Positions 50,765 through 62,220 of a DNA stretch of 64,000 nt are shown piece after piece. The stretch is from assembly GCF_004010195.1 (NCBI RefSeq), contig NC_057743.1, positions 13,545,065-13,609,064 on the forward strand, written 5' to 3'. This DNA is from Chiloscyllium plagiosum (Eukaryota). The translations under genes were made by a program, and so were the position numbers. Each line of letters begins with the position of its first letter. The stretch's first letter is position 1. Below the pieces are notes generated by a model. That model was not told where the DNA came from and made no database searches. It saw nothing but the letters and a program-made list of their open reading frames with translations.

Positions 50765-52830
50765 CATGATGTAGGAAATCCTAGACTCTCCTGGTGGTCC
50801 AACTAACAATGTGTGCAGGAGGTCCGTCTGTCAGGAACAACTTAAGCTCAGGGTTATAGATCCCGATGGACAGATGGGGTCGGTACAATGAACCCATGAG
50901 GCTGAGAGGTTCATGGAAAGTACATTTCAGGATATAGTCATCTTACAGCATAAGAAGGTGCAGTCAGAGAGGGAAGGGTGACTCTCAGACAGAAGGAGAC
51001 CAGGTAGGTAGTGCATGAATTCCTCAAGTGCAGCTTGCTTGGAAGCTATTTACTGGCCTTGCAGAAGAGTCAGAGTGATGTTTCCTCTGTGGAGGCCAAC
51101 CAGAACCAAGGCCATGGCACCGTGAGTCATTCAGATGTTTAGGCAAGGGAGGGAAATACGCAGAATGGCAGACTGTTCACTACTGAGGAGCATAGACAGG
51201 TGTTTTTGCAGCCAGAGACCTGACGCCAGGATGGCAAGTTGCTTCCCGGGTGCCAGGATCAAGGATGTCATAGAACGGCTGCAGGGAGTTATGAAGGGGA
51301 CGATGAGCAGCCAAAGGTCGTGGTCCGTGTTGGGGACAATGACCTAGGAAGAAAAAAGAAATGAGGTCCTACAAGCAGACCTTAGAGAGTTAGGTAGGAA
51401 ATCAAAAAGGAGGGATTCAAAGGTAATAATCTCTGGATCATTCCCACTGCCATAAAGTAGTGAGTATAGGAAGAGAAGGACAGAGCAAATGAATGCATGG
51501 AGTGACGGTGCAGGAGAGACATCTCGGTTTCCTGAGGCATTTGGACACTTTGTGATGAGTTGGGACCTCTAGAAATTGGACATTTGATATCTGAACAGGA
51601 ATAGGGCCTTCATTTTATGAGAAGGTAGGCTAATATAACTGAGGAATCTTAAACTTGGTTGGTCAAGGGATAGAATCTTGACAGGTAGATCAGAAGTCCT
51701 AGAACCTGAAATGGGATTGGCTGGTAAAATAGAAATAATTCAGTCTGGAAGGCAAAGAAAACATAAGCTAGATAAGAAAGAGATAAATTTAACAAGGATA
51801 AATAAGATATCATTAACACAAAGAGCCTGGAGGATAAGATAGACAGGCTGTGGGCACAGATAGGATAGTTATGGAAAAGGATGAGCTAGGTATAATGGGC
51901 AGTGGATAATGTTAATGAGATAAAATATGATTTGTCTCAAGTGAACTGGGAGGAGCTACTTGCAGATAACATTGCATCAGAGTAGCGGGAGTGATAGTGG
52001 GACAACTGAATTACCCAGAAGTTAACATGGAATGAGAGGATGTACTCGTAAGTTTAGTAGCCTTAGAAGTGGATACATTTGAAGGCATAGATGAGATGTT
52101 TCCCAGACTGTTGAAGGATACAACCGAGAGAAATTGAGGGCCTTGGGAATAATTTTCAAATCTTCTGAGGCCACAGGTGAGCTGCCAGAGGACTGCGAAC
52201 ATTGTCCCATGATTTAAAAAAAGGGAGGAAGGGATAGGCTAGGATATTACAGACCAGTCAGAGCAAATTCAGTGGCAGGAAATTAGGAAGAATCCTGAGT
52301 GATGGAATACATCTGCACTTGGAAAAATAAAAATTGGGGTTAGTCAGCATAGATTTGTTGAGGAAAGATCACGTTTGATAAATTTAATCAAATGTTTTGA
52401 GGAGGTAACCATGAGCCTTGATGAGGGTCATATTTAGATGGACTTTAGGAAGGCTTTGGATCAGATCCCTCATGACAGATAGGTCAAGAAAGTAAAAGGC
52501 CATCGGACTTGAGACAAAGTGACAAATTGGATCAAAAATTGGCTGAAAAGTAGGAAGCAGAGGGTGAAGGTAGAGGGATACTTCTCTGACTGGAAGCATC
52601 TAGTGTGTTTGCCCAGGGATCAATGATGGGCCCCTTGCTTTTGTGTTGTACATTAATGACTTGGATTTAAATGCGGGGAGTATATAATCAAGAACTTCAG
52701 AGATGGCACAGAAATTGTTAGGATGTACAATTGTGAAAAGGATACCTGCAAACTGCTCAGATGAGGAGAAGAATGGCAAATGGGATTCAACCTGAAAAAA
52801 TGTGAGGTAATACACTTGGGGTGGGTTAAT
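50765..52830 (+). mobile_element. Old CR1 retaining ORF1 (SGNH esterase) and degraded ORF2
   Basis: SLLRSIDRCFC...CFPGARIKDV.ERLQ; VVVRVGDNDLGR; later QHRFVEERS.LINL and DFRKALD. Confidence 0.8.
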
Positions 52831-52835
52831 CAAGT

Positions 52836-53300
52836 ATTATGGACCAGCCTAGTCCCTCTCAAAATATATTAAGAAGGTCGCCTAGACCCTAACATTTTCT
52901 TATTTTCAAAGATAAATGTGAGATGTTTTATTCCAGATGGAATTCAAGTGATCAAACTAGTCGACATTAAGTAAAATGCAATTTATTCAAATACTATAGT
53001 TAAAATACAATAAAAGAAAGAGAAAATTGGAATAACAACTGTATTGGAAAACTTAACCGAATAATAGGTTATTTTACTATTAAATAGTAACTGTTCCAAT
53101 GTTGTAACATCTCATAAACATACCCATGACAAAAAGGCATATTCAGAAAAACAGATTGTTTCATGTACAGTGCTAACAACAAGAAAGAGATACATGCGGC
53201 AGCTCCCCAGAGAGGGCCTAGCAGCCAGCAGCAATTCACTGCCTTGCAACCCTGCTGAGATCCTAGCAACAATTGCTGAAAGCTGAATAAATAAAGTTGT
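52836..53300 (-). mobile_element. Possible LTR fragment interrupting the CR1
   Basis: Abrupt non-CR1 AT-rich block with tttatt (AATAAA on the minus strand); CR1 3' sequence resumes at about 53350. Confidence 0.35.
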
Positions 53301-53522
53301 TAATCTTCTCATAGACAGCTCATCACCTGCCCCCCAGGTGAGGGGCAGAGATCGGGTGAATAAGAAGGCATTTTTTTTCCATTATTGGAGGGGTCAATAA
53401 CCACAAAGCATAGCTTTAAGGTAAGAAGTAGAAGAGGGGGTTTGAGGAGATTTGTTTCATTCAGAGGATGGTGAGAGTCTGAAATGCACTGCCTGAAGGG
53501 ATGGTTGAGTCTTGCAACATTT

Positions 53523-53716
53523 AGGAGAAAGTGAGGACTGCAGATGCTGGAGATCAGAGCTGAAAATGTGTTGCTGGAAAAGCGCAGCAGGTCAGGCAGC
53601 ATCCAGGGAACAGGAGAATCGACGTTTTGGGCATGAGCCCTTCTTCTCCATTCCTGAAGAAGGGCTCATGCCCGAAACGTCGATTCTCCTGCTCCTTGGA
53701 TGCTGCGCTTTTCCAC
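53523..53716. mobile_element. PLE fold-back insertion, family A, in a CR1 3' end
   Basis: Perfect 14-bp TSD tcttgcaacattta (53510-53523, 53717-53730). Confidence 0.92.
53650..53685 (+). ncRNA. Minimal hammerhead ribozyme motif, intact core
   Basis: attc-CTGAAGA-A-GGGC tcat GCCC-GAAAC-GTC-gatt. Confidence 0.72.
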
Positions 53717-55397
53717 TCTTGCAACATTTAACAGTATTTAGGTATTCACTTGCCAACATCTCCAGGGGAGGGAAACGGGATGAGTGTTGTCAGATCTTTG
53801 TTGAACAGTTTGGACACAATGAGCCAAATGACCTCATTCTCTGCTTTCACTGTCCATGAGTTGAAGAGACTTATCAATTGTTTTCAGCCAGGGCAATTGG
53901 AAAGAGACAATCTTTGTCCCTGAGCCTGGAAGAAAAGAAAATAGAGCGTCTTTGCCGAATCATTATCAAGGGTCATATGCTGTGAAATGAGCCTATAGAA
54001 AATGAACACAAGCATTGAAAGGAACTGTGCTTGTTAGTAATGGGCCATGTCGTCAAAACCTCTGCTGATACCCATTGACTAATCCATACCTGAGCAAAGG
54101 TCAACTGTAACAGAAACTACAGTCAGCTAATACCTATTATTCAGTACCTCAGAAGAGAAAACACCTTTAGGGGACAAGAAAATATTTCAAAAGCCACATT
54201 GACATCATTCAGATGCATTTACATCAATGCACAATTACTATTACAATTCTTCCCTGAAGCAATTCAGCAGATAAAGATTGTAGGACTAATGTATTTTACT
54301 CTCTCCTGCTCCATTGCTAAAACTAGTCCAAGATATGTAGCTCAGACATGACAGACCAAATTATCTGAGAGTTTCAGTCAGCAGGCGAAAAGACTTCTGA
54401 CAATGGGCATGTAACTGAAGCATACTTTCACTTTCCCGAGTCTAGCAAGATTCTCCAAACGAGCTGGAGTGAAAGTAATAAAGCAGCAGGAATGTGGTAA
54501 TTCTCTTTGGATACTGTCTTATGTGGGTTGGAGGAAACATATCACAACACCGAATTCCCACAAGCAAGGCAGAATAGGAAATGTTACAAATTGTGAGCTC
54601 TATTAAGCTTCAGTGTTGACGACATAGTGTAAAACTATGAAAAATAACCTTAGTCAACATAAGCACTATAAGTCAATCTGATGCCATGTTGTTTTCACTG
54701 ACATTCTCTTTGTAAATTCCCTGGCTCGTATTTCTAATCATGGTTGATCTCTCCCCCACTTTTAAGTTTCTTAGCTTTGATATCCAACTTTGTTTAACTT
54801 CCATATTAATGAATCTTCTCCCTCCGTTCTCCTGAAAATGTTAAAATTCGACAGAGATGCTTCCCCATATATAGGTCCATCTGTCTGTACTCTGCTCTTC
54901 CGACTAACCTTGTGTCCTGGCTGTTTAATTTCCTATACTACTAGCAAAGTGTCTGCTCTTGGTCCTGAGGTGGCGAGGGGAGCCATTGCTTGACTTCTAC
55001 CATCTTAATTCCCACAGAGCTCTCTGGTTATTAGAGTTGTTGTTTAAATTTTGCAGAGAATGAAGATTATGCTCATCCTCTTTTTCATGTAACCTCAGTC
55101 AATTCCCGGAGAATGCTGACTCTGTAGTACAAACCACACACCTAATTGCTTTGGTAAAACTTTGTAATGCACGAAAACCACAGGCAGGAAAAGGTCAGTC
55201 AGTTTATCTATCTTGTCTGACAATGTCAAGGTGTACCAGATGAACACCGTAGCCAGTGCTGTCTAGCCTTTTCTGTGGTGCCACAATATGTTGTCCAGAG
55301 TCCAATAGACAGAGGAGAAAGCTTCAAAACTTAAAAAAAATCTGGGACTGATACATTTGAAGTTTATATTTTGCAGGGAGTATACCAAGGTGAGGGA

Positions 55398-55558
55398 TAC
55401 AAAGTTAAAACTCACACAACACCAGGTTATAGTCCAGCAGGTTTATTTAGAAGCACTAGCTTTATACTGCTTCCAAATAAACCTTTTGGACTATAACCTA
55501 GTGTTGTGTGATTTTTAATTTTGTACACCCCAGTCCAACACTGGCACCTCCAAAAGAT
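55398..55558. mobile_element. PLE fold-back insertion, family B (centre deleted)
   Basis: tacaaagttaaaa.tcacacaacaccaggttatagtcc and inverted ggactataacct.gtgttgtgtgatttttaa.tttgta. Confidence 0.85.
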
Positions 55559-56494
55559 GAGGAACGTTGGGCAAAAATAACTAGAACCATGCAATCTCCC
55601 AACACTGGAAACAAGCAGTAACCCTCAATAACACCGAAACATTTTAGCCTTTGTTTCATCAGGCGTAGTTACTTGCAATATCTTTAAAGTCCTTTGACAG
55701 TAAATGAGGCTCTGAACAAACAGTGAAATCCCATCACTCACAATCACTTAGCAACCAAGGAATCACATACTCGACAGAACAGTAGGCCTGACTACTCTAC
55801 CAATTGTATTTCTTTGAAAGCTAATAATTTAAACGAGCGAAACATTGTTATTCCAGCTTCATCACAGTCGCCTGCCTTTTTACAGTTTTGATTGGAGAGA
55901 AAATAGGTTCTGAGATTGTGAAAAGCACTTACTGCATTTTCTGATTATTTGCACAGTTTCATTCCACCTTGGCAAGAGATTTGACAATAAGAAATGGAAC
56001 ATTTTTCCATTTCTGTCATTTAAGGCAATGCTTTTCCTGATGAGTATAATTTTTGCTGCTTGTTTTAGAAGGGTTAGCGTCAGTCTTAAAGTTTCAGCAA
56101 TTTGAAAATTAAGACCTTATATCAGCTTGGGTTAACAACATGTCCAACAGGTAGACCCCAGGCTAAACTCAGCCTAGGTCTTCTTGTCATACCACCAACC
56201 TGGGGTGACATTCAGGGCACCTTTGATCCTTTGGTATTGAGCTTCAATTCCCCAAAAGCTTCACTCAACAAGGAGTGTTTTGGCTTTATTTACAGCTGCT
56301 GGAGTGAGATGGCATTTGGCTTATCGATCTAGTATATGACTTCAAGTCACTAAGTTGAAATGTCCATTGTACACACAAACTGAGATATCAGAGTTGGGTC
56401 AAGCCTTCATATTTAGTTCATCGATCCAAGCTAGTTCAATTTGAGCAATACCATTGGAGTTCAGGAGTGGCAATGACACCTATAACATACAGTC

Positions 56495-57000
56495 ATTGAA
56501 TCATAAAGTATTACAGGGCAGAAAGAGGCCCTTCAGTCGTTCCTGATCATCAAGCACCTATCTACTTCTAATTCACAGAACTTATCTGTAGCCTTGTATT
56601 AGGGAGTATTGAGAAGATTTGTAGCTCAGGTTGAGGTTCTGGATGTAGGTTTGCTCACTGAGCTGGAAGGTTCAATTTCCGACATTCCATCATCATACTT
56701 AGTAACATTATCAGCGAGCCTCCAGTGAATGTTAGTGACCCATTTTCAATTTATGTGTTTAGGTTTCCTTGAGTTGGTGATGTCATTTCCTGTGGTGATG
56801 TCAGCTTGTAGCCTTGTTCCTGTAACCTTGTATCCTGTGACATTTCAAGGGTTCATCTAAATACTTCTTAAAATTTTTGATGGTTCCCACCTCTACCAGC
56901 ACTCCCGGCAGTGAGTCCCAAATACCCATCACCCTCTAGGTGAAAATATTTCTCCTTCAATCTCCTCTAAACCTCCTGCCCCTTACCTGAAACCTATAAA
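56495..57000 (-). mobile_element. CR1 3' end containing a PLE pLTR (family D, about 56603-56804)
   Basis: tgtagccttgt is repeated on both sides of gagaagatttgtagctcaggttgagg...; decayed HHR-like ctgataa...gaatgtc on the minus strand. Confidence 0.65.
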
Positions 57001-57325
57001 CATAATGAATAATAGAGTTTTCCCAGGACAAGTGTAGATGGTATTAGTAACATTCAACATGCTGACAAGGGGGTACTTCTTTGTTTCTCTAATGTAGTAG
57101 AAATGTTAACACGTTGAAATAAAGGCTTTACAACACCAATCAGAGAAATGTCCTTATGCTGCTCCCCTCTGCTATACCTTCCTTACTGTATACATTCACT
57201 CAAAATGTTACTGTTTGCTGTCCTTCTCCAAAAAGAGCCTAAGGGCATTTTATTATCATAAAAACAATGAAATAAAGGTAAGTTGTATTAGCTAATATAA
57301 TAACTTATATTAAATTATAATAAAT

Positions 57326-57624
57326 GGACGGCACGGTGGCTCACAGTGTCAGGGTCCCAGGTTCGATTCCTGCTTCGCGCGACAGTCTGTGTGGAGTTTG
57401 CATGTGTCTGTGTGGGTTTCCTCCAGGTGCTCTGGTTTCCTCCCACAGTCCAAAGATGTGCAGGTCAGGTGAATTGGCCTTGATAAATTGCCCTTAGCGT
57501 TAGGTGCATTAGTCAGGGGTAAATATAAGGTAGGGGAATGGGTCTGGGTGGGTTACTCTTCGGAAGGTCAGTGTGGACTTGGGCCGAAGGGCCTGTTTCC
57601 ATACTGTAGGGAATCTAATCTAAT
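57326..57624 (+). mobile_element. HE1-type SINE
   Basis: ggacggcacggtggctca...ggttcgattcc...gggaatctaatctaat. Confidence 0.9.
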
Positions 57625-58397
57625 TTAAGCTAAATTCTTTGTAAGCTGTATTGTTCCATTCTGCACCATCATCCTCAGTCCTTTGAGTGAAATGTGTCCA
57701 ACTGGGCCAATTTGCATTAATTTAATGAAACAAGTGAACACAATCCAGTTTTGACACTCATGTTTGTGTGTGCATGTTTCTTAAATGACAGTAATCTCCC
57801 ACCTATTATCACCGCTGAAACCACTGCGTACAAGATAGGGAAACATACAAGAAGGAAATCAAAATATTTTTTATTCTTGCAACAGCAAAGTGACAAGCTT
57901 TAAAACCCTTTCATGGTCGAGAATATACAGATTAAACTCTGATCCAGCTGTCAGCAGGAATAAAGCCTTTTGCTATGAATCTATGTGAAGCTAAATCCCT
58001 GTGGGGATTTGTACTCAATGACACATCTGAATGGTGGTAACATTGCTAGCAAAACACATCAATATACAACTGTGGGTGTCAGCCTCGCTCACTCAAAAAC
58101 AGAATCAGAAAGTATTACCTTGGAGGCCAGTATGGACCCAAAGCATATTATTGTTCATGATATTTTAGGATAGTGCAGGGGAAGGCTGTATTGGTGAAAG
58201 TAACACCTTTCAGTTTACAAGTTAAATCATGCGATCTACCAGACGACCACTGCCTGCTCAGTAATTTTTAAAAATAAATCCTACGGCATAGTTTGAAGAG
58301 CAGATGTCACGACCAATATTTCCTCTTGCTGTCATGGCAACGTCCCTCCAGGCGCAATGACACTACCTTCCTTGGTGACATGGCAATATCTGTCCTT

Positions 58398-59265
58398 TAA
58401 AACAGAAACAGAAATTGTTGGAAAGGCTCAGCAGGTCAGGTAGCACCTGTGGAGAGAAATCAGAGTTAACATTTCAGGCCCAGTGACCCTTCCTCAGAAC
58501 TGGTGGTAGCTAGTAAAAAGTTGGCTTATGCAGAAGATAGGGTAGGGGAGGGGTTAAGGAGTAAATGATAGGTGGAGCTAGACCTCAAAGAGAGAGAGGA
58601 ATAGTTGGACAGACAGATAATGATCTGCTAATAGAATGATTAGCTATTAATGGGGATAGTTAATGGCCAGAAATGGGTTGTTTGTAATAGCAGACCATGC
58701 AATAACAATCCAGAGGATCATTAGCCATCATTTCCGCCACCTCCAATGTGATGCCACCACCTAGTACATGTTCCTTCCCCTCACATGTCAATGATGTTCA
58801 GTGCAAACATGAACAGAGCTTCATTTCTACTTGGGAACTACAAAGCCTTCTGGACTCAATACTGAGTTCTACAATTTTGGGCTTGAATTTCTCCCATATC
58901 CTTACCCCAACCCCCACACCCTAGCCCTTGTTATCACATAGTCTGCAATTACACACAACCCATTGTTAGCCACTAGAGTCCCCATTCATAGCTATTCACA
59001 CTCCCAGCCAGATTGTAATCCACTCCTTTGTCTCTCCAGCTGTTTTTCTCTCTCTTTGGGCTCTATCTCCATCTATCACTGACTCCTTTCCCCCTCCCTA
59101 CCTTCTGCATAAAAACCAACATTTTGCGAGCTACCATCTGTTATGAGGACTGGACCTGAAACATTAAATCTGATTTCTCTCCACTGACCTACCAGACCTG
59201 CTGAGTTTTTCCAGTAATTTCTGTTTTTGTTTCTGATTTTCAACATCTGAGTTCTTTTGGTTTTT
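58398..59265. mobile_element. PLE family C, long inverted arms around ORF scraps
   Basis: Arms at about 58398-58710 and 58925-59265; minus-strand HHR gttCTGAGGAagggtcactgggcctGAAATGTTaac at about 58465-58500. Confidence 0.85.
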
Positions 59266-59452
59266 ATCCCTTCTTTAAACATCAGCTGCTTCTTTGTAAA
59301 TCTCTGTCTTGGGGGAACCTTCTTGAATACAACTTGGCTGCCATCTTTCTCTGTGAAAAGTAAAGACGGATTACCGGGTATCTTGGGAAGGGGTGATGAA
59401 GTCCAAGTTCTTTCCTTCTCTCTGTGTATTCACAGTCCGTACAAATATCTGT

Positions 59453-60006
59453 CATGATTTGGAGATGCCGGTGTTGGACTGGGGTGTACAAAGTTAAAAA
59501 TCACACAACACCAGGTTACAGTCCAACAGGTTTAATTGGAAGCACTAGCTTTCGGAGCGCTGCTCCTTCATCAGGTAGTTGTGCAGGACACAATTGTAAG
59601 ACACAGAATTTATAGCAAAGGTTTACAGTGTGATGCAACTGAAATTATGCATTGAAAAATACATTGGTTGTCTGTTAAGTGTCTCATCTGTTAGAATGAC
59701 CATTATCAGTGCTGACGCCAATTGTTAAAGTTCACTTGAGAATGTAACTTTTGAAAAACGTTTTGCAATTTACATGTGAAAGAAGTGAAACTATCATGGT
59801 CATTCTAACAGATGAGAGACTTAACAAACCATCAAGGTATTTTTCAATATATGATTTCAGTTACATCACACTGTAAACTTTTGCTATAAATTCTGTATCT
59901 TAAAATCTTATACTCCACAACCACCTGATGAAGGAGCAGCGCTCTGAAACCTAGTGCTTCCAATTAAACCTGTTGGACTATAATCTGGTGTTGTGTGATT
60001 TTTAAC
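59453..60006. mobile_element. PLE fold-back insertion, family B
   Basis: Inverted arms of about 220 bp; TSD acaaatatctgtca / acaattttctgtca (59441-59454, 60005-60018). Confidence 0.9.
59543..59577 (-). ncRNA. Minimal hammerhead ribozyme motif, intact core
   Basis: tac-CTGATGA-A-GGAGC agc GCTCC-GAAA-GC-TA-gtg; mutated partner on the plus strand at about 59922-59956. Confidence 0.75.
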
Positions 60007-60601
60007 AATTTTCTGTCAATATTAAAACAGAGGACTTTCACGATATATATTCCCACATGGAGTTACAGCCATAAAACGTTCACTTTAGGTAGACATGCTG
60101 GAGGCTGGAAGAACACAGCAAGTGAGGCAGCATCAGGAGGTGGAGAAGTCAGTGTTTCAGGTATGACCCTTCTTCAGGACTGGGGATGGGTGTAAGGGGA
60201 GCAGCAGATAAAGCGGGTGGTGGGAGCAGGGTAGTGAGGTGGGGATAGGTGAACACAGGTAGAGGGTACAACCTGATTGGTCAATGGGAGGTATGCATGA
60301 ATCCAGTTGGTGGCTAGAAGGAAAGGTTGATGAGAGGAATGGAAAGGACCGGGAGGGGCTGGGAAGGGAGTCAGAGGATGGGAAGGGAGGTTATTTAAAA
60401 TTGGAGAACTGGAGAGTCAGGTGATGGGAAGGGGGGTTATTTGAAATTGGAGAACTCAATGTTGAGTCCTCTGTGCTGTAAACTGCTCAGGTAGAAGATG
60501 AGGTGTTTTTCCTCCAATTTGCAATTTGACTAATTATGCCAAAGGAGGAGGCCAAGGATAATCATGTTGGAAATGGAGTGGGAAGGGGAATTAAAATGGG
60601 T

Positions 60602-61192
60602 AAAAGCAAATTACTGCGGATACTGGAATCTGAAACCAAAAGAGAAAATGCTGGAAAATCTCAGCAGGTCAGGCAGCATCTGTAAGGAGAGAAAAGAGCT
60701 GACGTTTCGAGTCTAACTGACCGTTTGTCAAAGCTGGGTTTTTTTGGCTTGATGCTCAGTGGTGTGGTCATGCTCCAGGGGGAGGTAGGAGGAGGGATCT
60801 GAGAGTTGGCGCTCAGCCTCTGCGAGGTAGAGGTCAGTACGCCAGACAACAACAGCATCCCCTTTGTCAGCAGGTTTGATGACAAGGTTGGGGTTGGACC
60901 TAAGGGAGCGAAGGGCAGAAATTTCGGATGGAGAGAGGTTGGAATGGGTAAGAGGGGCAGAGAAATTCAGGCGGCCAATGTCCCGTCGACAATTGGAAAT
61001 TGTTCTGGCGGGGATGTCCAATTAGAGGTGGAACGTTGGAGGGATGCGAAAGGATCTGTGGAGCAGGGGGAGAACTCTTGCCCAAAGAAATGAGCTTTGA
61101 CAAAGGGTCAGTTAGACTCAAAACGTCAGCTCTTTTCTCTCCGTACAGATGCTGCCAGACCTGCTGAGATTTTCCAGCATTTTCTCTTTTGG
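60602..61192. mobile_element. Nested PLE (family G): inverted pLTRs around an RT-upstream DKG fragment
   Basis: NLSPSE..ALRSL..NPNLVIKPADKGDAVVVW; TSD gga(a/g)ttaaaatgggt at 60587-60601 and 61191-61205. Confidence 0.92.
61092..61132 (+). ncRNA. Variant hammerhead motif with U3:A8 core (partner on the minus strand at 60696-60735)
   Basis: gagct-TTGACAA-A-GGGTC agtta GACTC-(A/G)AAAC-GTC-agctc. Confidence 0.65.
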
Positions 61193-61419
61193 AGTTAAAA
61201 TGGGTGGTGACTGGGAAGTGAGAGCCCCATCCAGGGGGTCCAAACAGTGCTTCCAGGTGAGACAGAGGTTCGCCTGCCACTCCTCCAACCTAGTTTACCG
61301 TACCTGGTGCTCCCGTTATGGTCTTCTCTCCATTAGGGAGAACAAACACAAACCATGGGAATGTCTCACCAAGCATCACAGCTGGGCCCGCAGGGGCTGA
61401 CCTGACCTCCCATTCATCA

Positions 61420-62150
61420 GCCTCTGAGTGAAAACGTTTATCCCAACTCCCTTCTGAATCCACTGAATCCTAAAGCTACACCCCCTCGTGATTGTCCCCT
61501 CAATCAAGGGGAAAAACTGTTCCCTACTCATCCTATCCATACCCTGCATAAGCTTAGACATCTCAATGCTGTTCCCCCAAGTCTTTGCTGCTCTATAAAA
61601 AAAATCCAAGCCCACCTACTCTCTCCTTACAGACCAATTTCTCTTTCTGAGGCATAGTCTGCTGAACTTCCACTGTACCCCCTCGAGTGCTGTCCATCCT
61701 TCCTGTCATGAGGTAACTAGAAGTGTACAGCACTCCAGCTGTGACCTGACCAACACTCTGTACAACACCAACATTTACCTCCTTGCTCTTATACACTATG
61801 TCACGACTGATGAAAGCAAATGTCCCAAATGCATTCTCAACCATCCTATTCATGTACTCAGCCAACTTCAGTGAGCTGTGCATAATTACCCAAGATCCCT
61901 CTGTTCCTCTGAGCTACCCAATGTCCTGCCATTCATTAATTATTCCCTCATTTTGTTTCTTCCAAGGTTCATCACCTCACATTTATCAGGGTTAAATACC
62001 ATCTGCCTCTGCACTGCCCATCTGACCAATCCATCTATATCTTCCTGTAACCTACATTGTCTTCATGAATAACCACCTGACCAAACTTGTTGTCATCTGC
62101 AAATTTGTTTAACATTTCCCCCCAACATTTTCACCTGTATCATTTATGAG
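61420..62150 (-). mobile_element. Old CR1 3' portion
   Basis: MHSSLKLA...NAFGTFAFISRDIVYKSKEV; GMDRMSREQFFPL. Confidence 0.8.
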
Positions 62151-62220
62151 AGGGTAATGTATAACATTAATGTCACGGTGACATCAACCGTCATGTCCAA
62201 CAGACTATGAAGAAAGGATT

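Larger units (their letters stand above)
60100..61415 (-). mobile_element. PLE 3' part (GIY-YIG + pLTR, family E) with inverted 5' segment, host of a nested PLE
   Basis: Minus strand: FPVTTHFNS running to the pLTR. Plus strand 61232-61412: FQVRQRFACHSSNLVYRTWCSRYGLLSIRE (F.C.S.N.VY.I.C..C...YIGE). Confidence 0.8.
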
